Assembly (NCBI GenBank): GCA_021735655.1
Contig: JAIPGM010000003.1
Location: forward strand, 64,001-128,000
Length of the DNA stretch: 64,000 bases
From: Candidatus Omnitrophota bacterium
GTDB lineage: Bacteria; Omnitrophota; Gorgyraeia; Duberdicusellales; 4484-171
Direction of reading: 5' to 3'
Of this stretch, positions 54,938-64,000 are shown piece after piece (positions within the stretch are counted from its first letter, which is position 1; each line of letters begins with the position of its first letter). Under the pieces are notes generated by a model, which saw only the letters and a list, made by a program, of their open reading frames with translations, was not told where the DNA came from and did not search any database. The translations under genes were made by a program, and so were the position numbers.

Positions 54938-55414
54938 ATGATAAAACATACAATTCAAGCACTAGTTGAAAATAAGTTTGGCGTATTGGCTAGGGTTGCT
55001 TCTTTATTTAGCGCTCGCGGTTACAATATCAGTTCTTTGGCTGTCGGTGAAACTCAGGATCCAACAATTTCTTGCATGACGATTGTGGTTAGCGCTGAAG
55101 ATGAAAGAATACTAGAGCAGATTAAAAAGCAGCTCCATAAACTTATTGATGTTATCACGGTTATTGATTTTACGCGTCGTGACCATATCGATCGAGAACT
55201 GCTTTTGGCCAAGGTTGTTAAAACCAAGGAATCAAAAGCCACGATTGATAAATTAATTAAGGCTTACGATTTAAAACTTACCGAAGAAACTGGCGGTTAC
55301 TGCATTATTGAAGTTTCTGCTGAGCATCATAAAATAAAAGAAGTCCTCCAAAGTCTAAAAAAGTTTGAGCTTAAAGAATTGGTAAGGACAGGTAGGATAG
55401 CAATTAGCAAATAA
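54938..55414 (+). CDS. ilvN: Acetolactate synthase small (regulatory) subunit
   Basis: The ACT domain reads 'HTIQALVENKFGVLARVASLFSARGYNISSLAVGETQDP'. Confidence 0.85.
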   Translation: MIKHTIQALVENKFGVLARVASLFSARGYNISSLAVGETQDPTISCMTIVVSAEDERILEQIKKQLHKLIDVITVIDFTRRDHIDRELLLAKVVKTKESKATIDKLIKAYDLKLTEETGGYCIIEVSAEHHKIKEVLQSLKKFELKELVRTGRIAISK

Positions 55415-55472
55415 TTCGCCTCAACAACTTATGTTCCATAAGTCGGGGGCTCACTAAACAAGGAGGAAAGTT

Positions 55473-56465
55473 ATGGCAAAGGTGTATTATGACAAAGATG
55501 CGGATTTGGAACTTATAAAATCAAAAAAAATTGCTATTATTGGCTATGGCATACAAGGAAGAGGCCAGTCTTTATGCTTACGTGATTCTGGTTGCCAAGT
55601 TATTGTCTCTGAACTTGAGGGGACAGAGAATTACAAACAGGCCAAGGCTGATGGTTTTGATCCAGTGACTGCCGAAGAAGCAGCCAAGAAAGCCGATGTT
55701 ATTCAGATTTTAACTCAAGACCATGTTCAGGCTAAAGTTTATATGGATAAAATAAAGCCTAATTTAAAAAAGGGAAAAGCACTTTGTTTTTCGCATGGTT
55801 TCAACATTCGTTTTAAACAGATTAAGCCATCTAAGACGGTTGATGTTTTTATGGTTGCTCCAAAAGGGCCGGGTGCCTTAGTTAGAAGGATGTATGAGCA
55901 GGGGAAGGGTGTACCTTGTTTAATTGCTATACATCAAGATGCAACCGGAAAAGCTAAAGATATTGCTTTATCTTATGCAAAAGCAATCGGTGGAACTAGA
56001 ATGGGAGTTATTGAAACAACATTTTCTGAAGAAACTGAAACTGATCTTTTTGGTGAGCAAGCTGTTCTTTGCGGTGGAGTAACCGAATTGATTAAGGCTG
56101 GTTTTGATACTTTGGTTGAAGCTGGATATCAACCGGAGATTGCTTATTTCGAAGTATTACATGAATTAAAATTAATTACTGATTTGGTTCAAGAGGTTGG
56201 AATCAGCGGTATGCGCCGGAGAGTTTCTGACACGGCTTGCTATGGCGATTTAACCCGTGGCCCAAGAGTAATTACTGATAAGACTCGTAAAACAATGCAG
56301 AAAATGTTAAAAGAAATTACCTCAGGTAAATTCGCCAAGGAATGGATTAAAGAAAATGAAACCGGTCGTGAGAATTTTAATAAATTAATGAAAGATGGCG
56401 ATAATCATCAGATCGAGAAAGTAGGAAAAGATTTAAGAGAAATGATGCCTTGGATGAAAGAATAG
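55473..56465 (+). CDS. ilvC: Ketol-acid reductoisomerase
   Basis: It has the Rossmann '[21 protein letters not shown]' and a class I KARI C-terminal domain. Confidence 0.9.
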   Translation: MAKVYYDKDADLELIKSKKIAIIGYGIQGRGQSLCLRDSGCQVIVSELEGTENYKQAKADGFDPVTAEEAAKKADVIQILTQDHVQAKVYMDKIKPNLKKGKALCFSHGFNIRFKQIKPSKTVDVFMVAPKGPGALVRRMYEQGKGVPCLIAIHQDATGKAKDIALSYAKAIGGTRMGVIETTFSEETETDLFGEQAVLCGGVTELIKAGFDTLVEAGYQPEIAYFEVLHELKLITDLVQEVGISGMRRRVSDTACYGDLTRGPRVITDKTRKTMQKMLKEITSGKFAKEWIKENETGRENFNKLMKDGDNHQIEKVGKDLREMMPWMKE

Positions 56466-56468
56466 TTA

Positions 56469-57968
56469 ATGGAAAAAGTAATAATTTTTGATACAACTTT
56501 ACGTGATGGTGAGCAGGCTCCAGGGGCAGCGTTAAGCTCTGAGCAAAAGCTAGAGGTTGCCTATCAATTGGAGCATTTAGGGGTTGATGTAATTGAAGCT
56601 GGGTTTCCGATAGCTTCGCCTGACGATTTTAAAGCTGTTGATTTGGTTGCTCGCAATATCAAGAAAGGTATTGTTTGCGGTTTAGCTCGTTGTCTTAAAA
56701 AAGACATTGAGGCTGCCCGGGATTCTTTAAAAAGAGCAAAACATCCTCGGATGCATATATTTCTAGCTACGTCAAAGATTCACCTTAAATATAAGTTTAA
56801 AAAGGCTGAAGCTGAAATATTAGCTTTGGCTAAGAAGGCTACCGCTTTGGCTAGAAACTATTGTTCCGACGTTGAATTTTCTCCTGAAGATGCGACTCGC
56901 ACGAATCGAGATTTTTTATTTAGAGTGATTGAAGCCGCAATTAGCCAAGGGGCTCGGACGATAAATATTCCCGACACAGTCGGTTATTCCTATCCCCAAG
57001 AGGTACACTCCTTGATAAGTGATATTATCAATAATGTTCCCAGTATCAACAAGGCAGTTATTTCAATTCATTGCCATGATGATTTGGGTATGGCCGTTGC
57101 TAATTCGCTTTCAGCGGTGTTAGCCGGAGCTCGCCAGGTTCATTGCACAGTTAACGGAATTGGTGAACGAGCCGGGAATGCTTCGTTGGAAGAGGTGGTA
57201 ATGGCCTTAAAGACTCGTAAGGATGCTTTTAAGGGAATTACCATTGATATCAATACTAAGGAGATTCTACGTATTTCAAAGTTAGTAAGTCATTTAACCG
57301 GTTTTGTTGTCCAGCCGAATAAGGCTATTGTTGGCAGAAATGCCTTTGCTCATGAGGCCGGGATTCATCAGGATGCAGTTATTAAGAAGAGGAATACTTA
57401 TGAGATAATGGATCCTAAGGATGTTGGTGTAGATAAGAGCCAGATTATTCTAGGTAAACATTCTGGGCGGCATGCTTTGGCTAAGCGCTTAGAAAGGTTA
57501 GGATTTAAATTTTCAAAAGAAAAAATAGATTTGGTTTTTAAACAGTTTAAGCAGTTAGCTGATAAGAAAAAGGAAATTTTTGATGATGATTTAATTGTTT
57601 TAGCTGAAGAAGAAACAAAACCTAAGCACAAAGCTTATCAGTTTATTTCAATAAGAGTAACTACCGGAACTGGTATTGAGCCAGAGGCAGTAGTTAAAAT
57701 TAAGCATAAAAATAAGATTCTTGAAGCTAAGTCAAGTGGTGACGGACCGGTGGACGCCTGCTATCGAGCAATTGATAAATCAACTAAAATAAAAGCTAGG
57801 CTTACTAATTATAAGATTGAAGCAATTACCATTGGAAAGGATGCTCAAGGCCTGGTAAGAGTGGAAATTAAGGCCAAAGGTAAACAGAGCTCTGGCAGAG
57901 GCTCAAGTACCGATATTTTAGAGGCTTCGGTCAAGGCTTACCTTGATGCTCTGAATAAAATTATTTAA
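56469..57968 (+). CDS. leuA: 2-isopropylmalate synthase
   Basis: It carries 'FDTTLRDGEQAPG', 'IEAGFPIASPDDFKAV' and the 'HCHDDLGMAVANSL' motif. Confidence 0.85.
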   Translation: MEKVIIFDTTLRDGEQAPGAALSSEQKLEVAYQLEHLGVDVIEAGFPIASPDDFKAVDLVARNIKKGIVCGLARCLKKDIEAARDSLKRAKHPRMHIFLATSKIHLKYKFKKAEAEILALAKKATALARNYCSDVEFSPEDATRTNRDFLFRVIEAAISQGARTINIPDTVGYSYPQEVHSLISDIINNVPSINKAVISIHCHDDLGMAVANSLSAVLAGARQVHCTVNGIGERAGNASLEEVVMALKTRKDAFKGITIDINTKEILRISKLVSHLTGFVVQPNKAIVGRNAFAHEAGIHQDAVIKKRNTYEIMDPKDVGVDKSQIILGKHSGRHALAKRLERLGFKFSKEKIDLVFKQFKQLADKKKEIFDDDLIVLAEEETKPKHKAYQFISIRVTTGTGIEPEAVVKIKHKNKILEAKSSGDGPVDACYRAIDKSTKIKARLTNYKIEAITIGKDAQGLVRVEIKAKGKQSSGRGSSTDILEASVKAYLDALNKII

Positions 57969-58015
57969 TTCTGCTAGCAATTGGATTTTACTGAATAATT
58001 AAATTGAGGTTTTTA

Positions 58016-58471
58016 ATGAAGTATATAACTAATCTTATTGCCATCGGCGTAATTGCTTTTTTAGTTTTTGGTGCCATTAAGTTTAAGCAGACTGACGCCT
58101 ATTCTACGGCTCGCTGGCATGTATCAAATTTTTTTAAGAGTACTAAGAATTTTGTTGAAGCTAAGAAGAAAAATATAAGTGAGGAGTTAAAACCTTCCCG
58201 CCAGCGCCCATTAACTTTTATGCAAATTCAGGGAGAACTTCAGAACTGGATGCCGGAAGTTTTCCTGGAGCAGTTTGGTGATTCTGATTGGGAGCTTATG
58301 TGGAACCTTGTTTATATAGCGGATAAGGTTGATGACGGTGGTTTTAAAGTATACCGCTATAAAACTCGTGAAGAAGTTGAATCTATCCTACGTTATGAGT
58401 ATACAGATCTTAATTATTTAAAGGATAATGATTGGCGGGAACTTTGGAGTATAGCCAAGGTATCATGGTGA
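58016..58471 (+). CDS. Hypothetical protein with N-terminal TM helix
   Basis: The start is placed at the ATG with 'gagg' RBS; the ORF-track start is a TTG. It carries 'MKYITNLIAIGVIAFLVFGAI'. Confidence 0.4.
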   Translation: MKYITNLIAIGVIAFLVFGAIKFKQTDAYSTARWHVSNFFKSTKNFVEAKKKNISEELKPSRQRPLTFMQIQGELQNWMPEVFLEQFGDSDWELMWNLVYIADKVDDGGFKVYRYKTREEVESILRYEYTDLNYLKDNDWRELWSIAKVSW

Positions 58472-58472
58472 G

Positions 58473-59384
58473 ATGAACCAGAGTAAAAAAGCTCTTTATG
58501 GTTTAGTTGGATTTCCAATCAAACATTCCTTTTCTCCAGCCATGCATAATGCGGCATTCGCCGCTTGTAATATTTCTGCTGAGTATAAATTATTTGAAGT
58601 AGAGTCTCCGGAGCTAGAAAACTTTTTGCTCAAAAGAAACGATATTGCTGGTTTTAATATTACCATTCCTCATAAGGTGAAAGCTTGCCAAATTCTGGAG
58701 AAGAACTTTCCTTTTAACAAAAATTCAAAAGCAACGCTAGATGATTTATACTACGTTAAATTATCGGGAGCTGTAAATACAGTAAAAAGAAAAGGTGAAG
58801 GCGCAGATTATTACAACACTGACGCGAGAGGTTTTTTAAGGTCTTTAAAGGAAGATTTACAGTTTGAACCAGAAGCTAAAACTGTATTACTTATTGGGTG
58901 TGGCGGAGTTGGTAGAGCTGTGCTTGCGGCTTTAAGTTGGAAGAATGGAGGAGCTGAAAAAATATACATATATGATTTAAACCAAAAAGCTATTGATTCT
59001 TTACAAAGACATTTTTTAACCCTACCTCAAGAATGGAGAGCCATTGCTGATAAAAAAATCGAAGTTATCTCGCAAGATAAAATAGCTGAGAAAATAAAGG
59101 AATCTCAACTATTGGTTAACGCAACACCTTTGGGAATGAAAGAAGGAGATCCTTCGCCAATTGATAAAAATATGCTTCATAAAGATTTATTTGTTTATGA
59201 TGTGGTGTATAATAGGAATACAGAGTTAATTAGCGATGCTAAGGCGAGGTGTAGTGCAGTTTCCGGGGGTCTGGGGATGCTACTTTATCAAGGGGTAGCG
59301 GCTTGGGAGTTATGGACTAAGAAAACTGCACCGGTTGAGGTAATGCGTAAAACTTTAAACGAGGAGATTAAGAAAAAATGTTAG
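58473..59384 (+). CDS. aroE: Shikimate dehydrogenase
   Basis: It has 'LYGLVGFPIKHSFSPAMHNAAF' and the NADP-binding 'LLIGCGGVGRAV'. Confidence 0.85.
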   Translation: MNQSKKALYGLVGFPIKHSFSPAMHNAAFAACNISAEYKLFEVESPELENFLLKRNDIAGFNITIPHKVKACQILEKNFPFNKNSKATLDDLYYVKLSGAVNTVKRKGEGADYYNTDARGFLRSLKEDLQFEPEAKTVLLIGCGGVGRAVLAALSWKNGGAEKIYIYDLNQKAIDSLQRHFLTLPQEWRAIADKKIEVISQDKIAEKIKESQLLVNATPLGMKEGDPSPIDKNMLHKDLFVYDVVYNRNTELISDAKARCSAVSGGLGMLLYQGVAAWELWTKKTAPVEVMRKTLNEEIKKKC

Positions 59385-60199
59385 AAAAGATAGTTGCCTT
59401 TATTTTGGGAAGCTGTTTGGGTAGTTTTTTGAATGTTTGTATTCATCGATTACCGAAGGAAAAATCTGTTGTTCGGCCGCGTTCGTTTTGTCCGGAGTGT
59501 AAGGTAACTATAAAGTGGTATGATAATATACCTCTGTTGAGCTATTTAATTTTAAGAGCCAAATGTAGAGGTTGCGGTGAGAAAATATCATTTAGATATC
59601 CTTTGGTTGAGTTGATTACTGGAATTTTGACTTTGGTTCTTTATTCAAAATTTGGCTTAAGTGTTCTTTTATTCAAATTTGTTTTCTTTTTCGCCTTATT
59701 GGTTGTAGTTTCTTTTATTGATATTGATTACCATGCCATTCCGGTTTATTTATGTGTTGTTGGAATCATTGTCGGCTTGGCTTTTACGATTGTGCCAAGT
59801 TTAAATATATTCAAATCAGGAGTGGTCAGCCTAGATGGATTACCGCTATTTTTGGCGGTTAAAGGGCTTATTTTTGGTTTCGGTTTTACTTATTTATTTA
59901 AGTTTTTCGGTGATGTTTTTATTGATTTTTATTTAAAGTTTAGAAAAAAAGAATCAATTGAGGGGGAAACTGAATCCCTAGGCTTAGGAGATGTTGATTT
60001 TATGGGCATGGTTGGTGTATTTTTGGGAATGCAATCGGTTGTCTTGGTATTTTTTCTAGCTCCTTTTTTTGCGGTTTTTTATTCAATTTTTGCACTTATT
60101 TTTAAAAAGTCACATTTAATACCTTATTTACCGTACTTATCTTTAGCGACTCTGACTGCGTTTTTTTGGGGAAGTAAAATTCTGAGTTTTATATTTTAA
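59378..60199 (+). CDS. pilD: Prepilin peptidase (A24 family, PilD-like)
   Basis: The N-terminal zinc-binding region has 'CPECKVTIKWYDNIPLLSYLILRAKCRGCGEKIS'. 'LGLGDVDFMG' is the second catalytic Asp region. The start overlaps the aroE stop. Confidence 0.85.
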   Translation: MLEKIVAFILGSCLGSFLNVCIHRLPKEKSVVRPRSFCPECKVTIKWYDNIPLLSYLILRAKCRGCGEKISFRYPLVELITGILTLVLYSKFGLSVLLFKFVFFFALLVVVSFIDIDYHAIPVYLCVVGIIVGLAFTIVPSLNIFKSGVVSLDGLPLFLAVKGLIFGFGFTYLFKFFGDVFIDFYLKFRKKESIEGETESLGLGDVDFMGMVGVFLGMQSVVLVFFLAPFFAVFYSIFALIFKKSHLIPYLPYLSLATLTAFFWGSKILSFIF

Positions 60200-60213
60200 A
60201 CTGGAGGTAATAG

Positions 60214-61329
60214 ATGAGAATTTTAACTGCCGGTGAGTCTCATGGTGAGGCTAATATTGCTATTTTAGAAGGCTTTCCTAAGGGTGTTAAGATTGATGCA
60301 GAAATTATAGATCAGGAGTTACAAAGAAGAGCTTCCGGACCAGGTCGAGGAAAGAGAATGTCAATCGAGAACGATAAAGTTCGGATTCTTTCCGGTCTTC
60401 GTAATAAAATTACCTTGGGAAGTCCGATTGGCCTATTGGTTAAAAATAAAGATAATACTATTTTTGCTCAAAAGGCTGATAATTTGTCAGCGATGAATGT
60501 GCCGAGACCGGCTCATGCTGGTTTAGCCGGCGCTTTAAAGTATGGTGAGAGCGATGTGAGAAATATCTTAGAGCGTTCTTCAGCCAGAGAGACTGTTGCT
60601 AGGGTCTGCGTAGGCTCAGTTTGTAAACAATTTTTAAGTAATTTCAAAATACAGATTGTAAGTTTTACTCTTGGTTTAGGTGATGTGGTGTCTGACAAAA
60701 GGCCAACCAGCATAAGTGAGATAATCAATAAGACTAAAAAATCAAAACTTAATTCTATCGATAAAGATAGTCAAATGTTAGCCGAGATTAATAAGGCCAG
60801 GAAGGATAAGGATACCCTTGGTGGCATTATTGAGATTTGGATAGCTGGTTTACCAGCCGGGTTAGGTAGCTGTATGCACTATGATCAGCGTCTTGATGCC
60901 AAACTGGCTTATAATTTAATGAGTATACCAGCAATAAAAGGGGTAGAGGTTGGTTTGGGATTTGAATATGCGCTAATGCGAGGTTCAGAAACCCATGATG
61001 CTATTTGTTATTCTAAAAACAAAGGGTTTTACCATAAGGCTAATAATTCCGGCGGAATCGAAGGCGGTATGTCTACTGGTGAACCGATTGTTTTGCGTAT
61101 AGCTATGAAGCCAATAGCAACTTTGGCTGAACCATTGGAATCAGTTAATCTTAAGACTAAAAAAATCGACAAAGCTCCAACAGTGCGTTCAGATACTTGC
61201 GCTGTAGTTGCTTGTGGAGTGATTGCTGAAAGTATGTCAGCCATTGCAATTACTGAAAGTATGCTAGAGAAGTTTGGTTGTGATTCATTAGCTGAAATAA
61301 AAACCAATTATAAAAATTATTCTAAATAA
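60214..61329 (+). CDS. aroC: Chorismate synthase
   Basis: It carries 'MRILTAGESHGEANIAILEGFPKGVKI' and 'RSSARETVARV'. Confidence 0.9.
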   Translation: MRILTAGESHGEANIAILEGFPKGVKIDAEIIDQELQRRASGPGRGKRMSIENDKVRILSGLRNKITLGSPIGLLVKNKDNTIFAQKADNLSAMNVPRPAHAGLAGALKYGESDVRNILERSSARETVARVCVGSVCKQFLSNFKIQIVSFTLGLGDVVSDKRPTSISEIINKTKKSKLNSIDKDSQMLAEINKARKDKDTLGGIIEIWIAGLPAGLGSCMHYDQRLDAKLAYNLMSIPAIKGVEVGLGFEYALMRGSETHDAICYSKNKGFYHKANNSGGIEGGMSTGEPIVLRIAMKPIATLAEPLESVNLKTKKIDKAPTVRSDTCAVVACGVIAESMSAIAITESMLEKFGCDSLAEIKTNYKNYSK

Positions 61330-61374
61330 GCAATATTTTTAGGTCAAATATAAGAATATGATAAAAAAGGAAGC

Positions 61375-61992
61375 ATGATTAGAGAAGGCTTTACTTTAAT
61401 TGAGCTAATCGTAGTTATTGCAATCATTGCAATTCTAGCAGCAATCATCGCTCCCAATGCTTTTAAGGCGATAGAAAAGGCAAAGGTTAGTAAAGTGGTG
61501 AGTGATTTAAAAACTTTAAAAACTGCAGCGATGTCTTATTATGGTGACACTGGTCAGTGGCCGCCTGATGTTTGCCCTAATGATGATCCTGGTTTTATGA
61601 GTCATGATGCGTTCCTTACGGCTTGTTGTATTACCGTTCCTAATGGAGATATCCCAGCTTTTATTGCTTTGATTGAAGATTATTGGGATGGTCCGTATTT
61701 AGAAGGGGGGTTTCCTAATTCAACGCCTTGGGGTGGAAGCTATGATTGGGAATGGTGGCCGTCCGGAGCAGTGGTGTGGCAAATGCCGCCAGGTTGTTAT
61801 ATAAGCGCTCGTGCCAAGTGGGATAGTACTCCCGCTGTTTGTGGTTTTGCTGTTGGTAATTCCGGTACTGAAGTTCCGGCTAATGCAGAGGTTAGACTTC
61901 AGCAACAAGATTTTGACCGGCATCTTTTGCCAGCCCCGGCTACAGTGGATGATCCTAGCGGTCTTGTTATTTTGACAATAGCAAATTTTTAG
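61375..61992 (+). CDS. Type IV pilin-like / pseudopilin (third paralog)
   Basis: The N-terminus reads 'MIREGFTLIELIVVIAIIAILAAIIAPNAFKAIEKAKV'. It is about 80% nucleotide-similar to the other two at the 5' end but not identical. Confidence 0.8.
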   Translation: MIREGFTLIELIVVIAIIAILAAIIAPNAFKAIEKAKVSKVVSDLKTLKTAAMSYYGDTGQWPPDVCPNDDPGFMSHDAFLTACCITVPNGDIPAFIALIEDYWDGPYLEGGFPNSTPWGGSYDWEWWPSGAVVWQMPPGCYISARAKWDSTPAVCGFAVGNSGTEVPANAEVRLQQQDFDRHLLPAPATVDDPSGLVILTIANF

Positions 61993-62003
61993 GAGGAGTA
62001 CTA

Positions 62004-62165
62004 ATGTTTGATATGAATAAGTTAGGTGATTTAAGTAAAATGGCCAATCAGGCTAAAGAGATTCAGAAGAATCAGGAACGCCAACAGAGTGAACAGTTAA
62101 CTCTCTTAAAAAAGATATCTAAGCAGCTTGAGGAAATAGTAGTACTACTTAAGCAGAAGCAATAG
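62004..62165 (+). CDS. Candidate 53-aa helical small protein downstream of the pseudopilin
   Basis: The RBS 'aggagg' lies 7 nt upstream. It translates to 'MFDMNKLGDLSKMANQAKEIQKNQERQQSEQLTLLKKISKQLEEIVVLLKQKQ'. It falls below the ORF-track length cutoff. Confidence 0.3.
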   Translation: MFDMNKLGDLSKMANQAKEIQKNQERQQSEQLTLLKKISKQLEEIVVLLKQKQ

Positions 62166-62187
62166 TCTAATAAAAAAAGGATTAAAA

Positions 62188-62451
62188 ATGATTGAGAAGA
62201 TAGCTTTGGTCGCGGCAATAGTTTTACCATTTTGGAATATCCCTTTAATTGTAAGAATTGTAAAGAGAAAGTCTTCACGTGATATTAGTATGTATTGGGC
62301 TTTGGGCGTTTGGATTTGTTTTGTTCTAATGGCTCCTTCGGGATTTACTACTGATGATTTAGTTTGGCGAACTTTCAATATTGCTAATTTGATTCTTTTT
62401 AGTTTAGTAGTTATTTTTGTCTTAGCTTACCGTAAAGGAAAGAAAAACTAA
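62188..62451 (+). CDS. Small 3-TM membrane protein (possible PQ-loop/SemiSWEET-like or LAB_N-like)
   Basis: It is 87 aa with three predicted helices and a basic loop 'VKRKSSRDIS'. The family assignment is uncertain. Confidence 0.35.
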   Translation: MIEKIALVAAIVLPFWNIPLIVRIVKRKSSRDISMYWALGVWICFVLMAPSGFTTDDLVWRTFNIANLILFSLVVIFVLAYRKGKKN

Positions 62452-62462
62452 ATAATGTTAAT

Positions 62463-62666
62463 ATGAATTTACCGAATACAGTTTTTTTTAAATTCATTAA
62501 GCAGTACCCGAGGGTTTCAATAGCGCTTGGTCTAATTATTTTAGTCATCTTGTTATTTTTACCAGGTTCATTAGAGAAAAAGATAAAACTTTTGATACTT
62601 TCGGCAATTTTAGGTTTTTTTGCGGCTTTAGGGCTAAAATATTTTTTAGCTAGGAGGAAATCATGA
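62463..62666 (+). CDS. Small 2-TM membrane protein
   Basis: The 67-aa protein reads 'VSIALGLIILVILLFLPG' and 'LILSAILGFFAALGLKYFL'. Confidence 0.3.
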   Translation: MNLPNTVFFKFIKQYPRVSIALGLIILVILLFLPGSLEKKIKLLILSAILGFFAALGLKYFLARRKS

Positions 62667-62974
62667 GTGGAGTGTTTGAGAAAATTAGCAGTTGGTTTGG
62701 TTCTAACGAGTCAGTGAAACATGTTCGTTGTACCGAGAGTGCAGTGAAAGAAGTAATTGAAGCAGTCATTAATGAAATTGGCCTAAAGAGAAAAGTGGAC
62801 AATATTACTTATCGGCCCAAACATCATTGGTATATCGTGCGTTTTTTCTCACCACCTAGCTGCATTATCCCTCGACAATTTATAGAAGCCTATTTAAAGA
62901 CTGATGGCGTAAAAGGCAAAGCAGAGATTGTTGAGATATTGTCAGTTAAGCAAAAAGGTTTTGAATTGATTTAA
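62663..62974 (+). CDS. Hypothetical protein
   Basis: The 103-aa ORF has a start overlapping the upstream stop (ATGA). No family was recognised. Confidence 0.3.
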   Translation: MSGVFEKISSWFGSNESVKHVRCTESAVKEVIEAVINEIGLKRKVDNITYRPKHHWYIVRFFSPPSCIIPRQFIEAYLKTDGVKGKAEIVEILSVKQKGFELI

Positions 62975-62995
62975 ATTTTTAGTTTAGGTGTTATA

Positions 62996-63289
62996 ATGAA
63001 ATTAATGCGAGAATTGATTGTTAGTATTTTTTTAGTAGTTTTCCTGTCGGGTTGTACTGGTTTTCTTGATGAAATAACGCGCCAACCAGGACCTAAGATA
63101 GGGTATTATTCTAATTTAGAGGGGTTATCTAAAGAAGCCGTGGCCAGAAAGTTTGGTCAGCCGACCTCAAAAGAAATTTCTTTTAGCTTTAAACATCGCA
63201 CCGATCATTGGAACTATCGACTTGCTGAAGAAAGAGGAATGAAGATTACCTTTACTGACGGTTACGTTAGTGAAGTTTCCTACGATTAA
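62996..63289 (+). CDS. Small lipoprotein
   Basis: 'MKLMRELIVSIFLVVFLSGCTGF' carries the lipobox LSGC. Confidence 0.45.
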   Translation: MKLMRELIVSIFLVVFLSGCTGFLDEITRQPGPKIGYYSNLEGLSKEAVARKFGQPTSKEISFSFKHRTDHWNYRLAEERGMKITFTDGYVSEVSYD

Positions 63290-63309
63290 GTTTTTTATTG
63301 AGTGAGTAG

Positions 63310-63645
63310 GTGAATAAAGCACAATCAATCATGAAGCTTTTATCAGGTATTAGTTTAGTTGTCTTCATCTGTTTGTCTATCGGTTGTCACCAATATGCAG
63401 CGGTAGAAAACTATACTGTTTTTACGACACCTTTTGGCCCGGTTGCAAAGGGTGATTCAATGCGCGAGGTTGTCAGTAGACTGGGTAACCCGATGAATGT
63501 CAGTAATTACAAGCGAAAAGAAGTTTGGAGCTACAATTTTGAAAAAACCGGAGAAGTGTTTGTATACTTTGAAAAGGGAAATGTTATTGACATGCAATTT
63601 CCAAATAAACCCAAAACTTGCGATAAGTGCAAAGGTGAACAATGA
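63310..63645 (+). CDS. Small lipoprotein
   Basis: 'LLSGISLVVFICLSIGCHQY' carries the lipobox SIGC. The C-terminal 'CDKCKGEQ' holds a Cys pair. Confidence 0.45.
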   Translation: MNKAQSIMKLLSGISLVVFICLSIGCHQYAAVENYTVFTTPFGPVAKGDSMREVVSRLGNPMNVSNYKRKEVWSYNFEKTGEVFVYFEKGNVIDMQFPNKPKTCDKCKGEQ

Positions 63646-64000
63646 AAATAAAAGTTCTTATTGTTGATGATGAGAAAGAGGTCGTTGAGTCATTAGAACG
63701 AGGCCTTATCAAAGAAGGTTTTGATACGGTTTGCGCTTTTGACGGAATAGAAGCAAAGAATAAGATATTAAGTGACAATCCGGATGTAATATTGCTTGAT
63801 CTTGTTATGCCTGTTTTGGATGGTTGGGGGGTTTTACAATGGTTACGTGAAGAAAAAAAATCATTCATTCCTACCATTATCCTTTCAGCTAAAGATGGGG
63901 TATCGGACATGAAGCGAGGCTATAACTTAGAAGCAGATACCTATTTGGTTAAACCGGTAAGCATTGAGGACGTGGTTAGTGGGATTAAATTAGTGTGTTC
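63642..64000 (+). CDS. Response regulator receiver domain protein (5' part; continues beyond the window)
   Basis: It reads 'MKIKVLIVDDEKEVVESLERGL...DVILLDLVMPVLDGWGV...LSAKDG...YLVKP', with the acidic pocket, phospho-acceptor D and conserved K. Confidence 0.8.
   Translation, partial: MKIKVLIVDDEKEVVESLERGLIKEGFDTVCAFDGIEAKNKILSDNPDVILLDLVMPVLDGWGVLQWLREEKKSFIPTIILSAKDGVSDMKRGYNLEADTYLVKPVSIEDVVSGIKLVC

Noticed and set aside
62072-62378. Minus-strand ORFs of 68 and 77 aa overlapping the small coiled-coil ORF and small membrane gene
   Set aside because: The plus-strand candidates have an RBS and coherent hydrophobic/helical properties. The minus-strand frames look like low-complexity antisense translation.
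1-64000. CRISPR arrays, rRNA, IS elements, integrases, phage genes
   Set aside because: No regularly spaced direct repeats, transposase or integrase motifs, or rRNA-like conserved stretches were seen. The only repeats are the two-copy structured element and the pilin 5' duplication. tRNAs were not identifiable by eye and cannot be excluded without tRNAscan.

Overview
AT-rich bacterial chromosome window (about 36-38% GC by eye), densely coded and mostly on the + strand. The envelope genes are diderm-type. The three pseudopilins carry the 'FTLIELIVVIAIIAILAAI' N-terminus typical of uncultivated lineages such as Omnitrophota; this taxon guess is inference only. Content falls into five blocks. 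(1) 1-24.9 kb is a large cell-envelope glycan island with three DegT aminotransferases and six GT2 glycosyltransferases. It also carries two GT9 heptosyltransferases, a CgeB-like GT, a priming polyprenyl-phosphate sugar transferase and an O-antigen-ligase-like protein. An Arn-like lipid-linked aminosugar module includes an ArnT/PMT-type GT-C with a B12-binding radical SAM enzyme inserted. A WbpB/WbpD/WbpE-like oxidoreductase-acetyltransferase-aminotransferase triad, a TagF-like glycerophosphotransferase and an ATP sulfurylase are present. There are also two alkaline-phosphatase-superfamily paralogs. (2) 24.9-36.5 kb holds housekeeping genes: xseAB, rpsO-pnp, ftsK, rodZ-like, rimO, pgsA, an SDR epimerase, pgpA, thpR and cinA. 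(3) 36.6-47.3 kb has an ECF sigma/anti-sigma module and uvrD. A structured leader precedes an ACT-domain gene that abuts a GH1 beta-glucosidase. A cNMP-binding/P-loop/patatin three-domain protein is coupled to a DUF3108-like gene. Two tandem pseudopilin paralogs lie on the - strand with a 114-bp identical 5' segment, next to trmI. (4) 47.4-58 kb carries apgM, cstA, lysC, cimA, ilvB, ilvN, ilvC and leuA. (5) 58-64 kb has aroE-pilD-aroC, a third pseudopilin, a run of small membrane/lipoprotein genes and the start of a response regulator. A roughly 100-nt structured repeat occurs at two distant intergenic sites with compensatory substitutions. No rRNA, CRISPR array or clear mobile element was found; tRNAs could not be excluded by eye.
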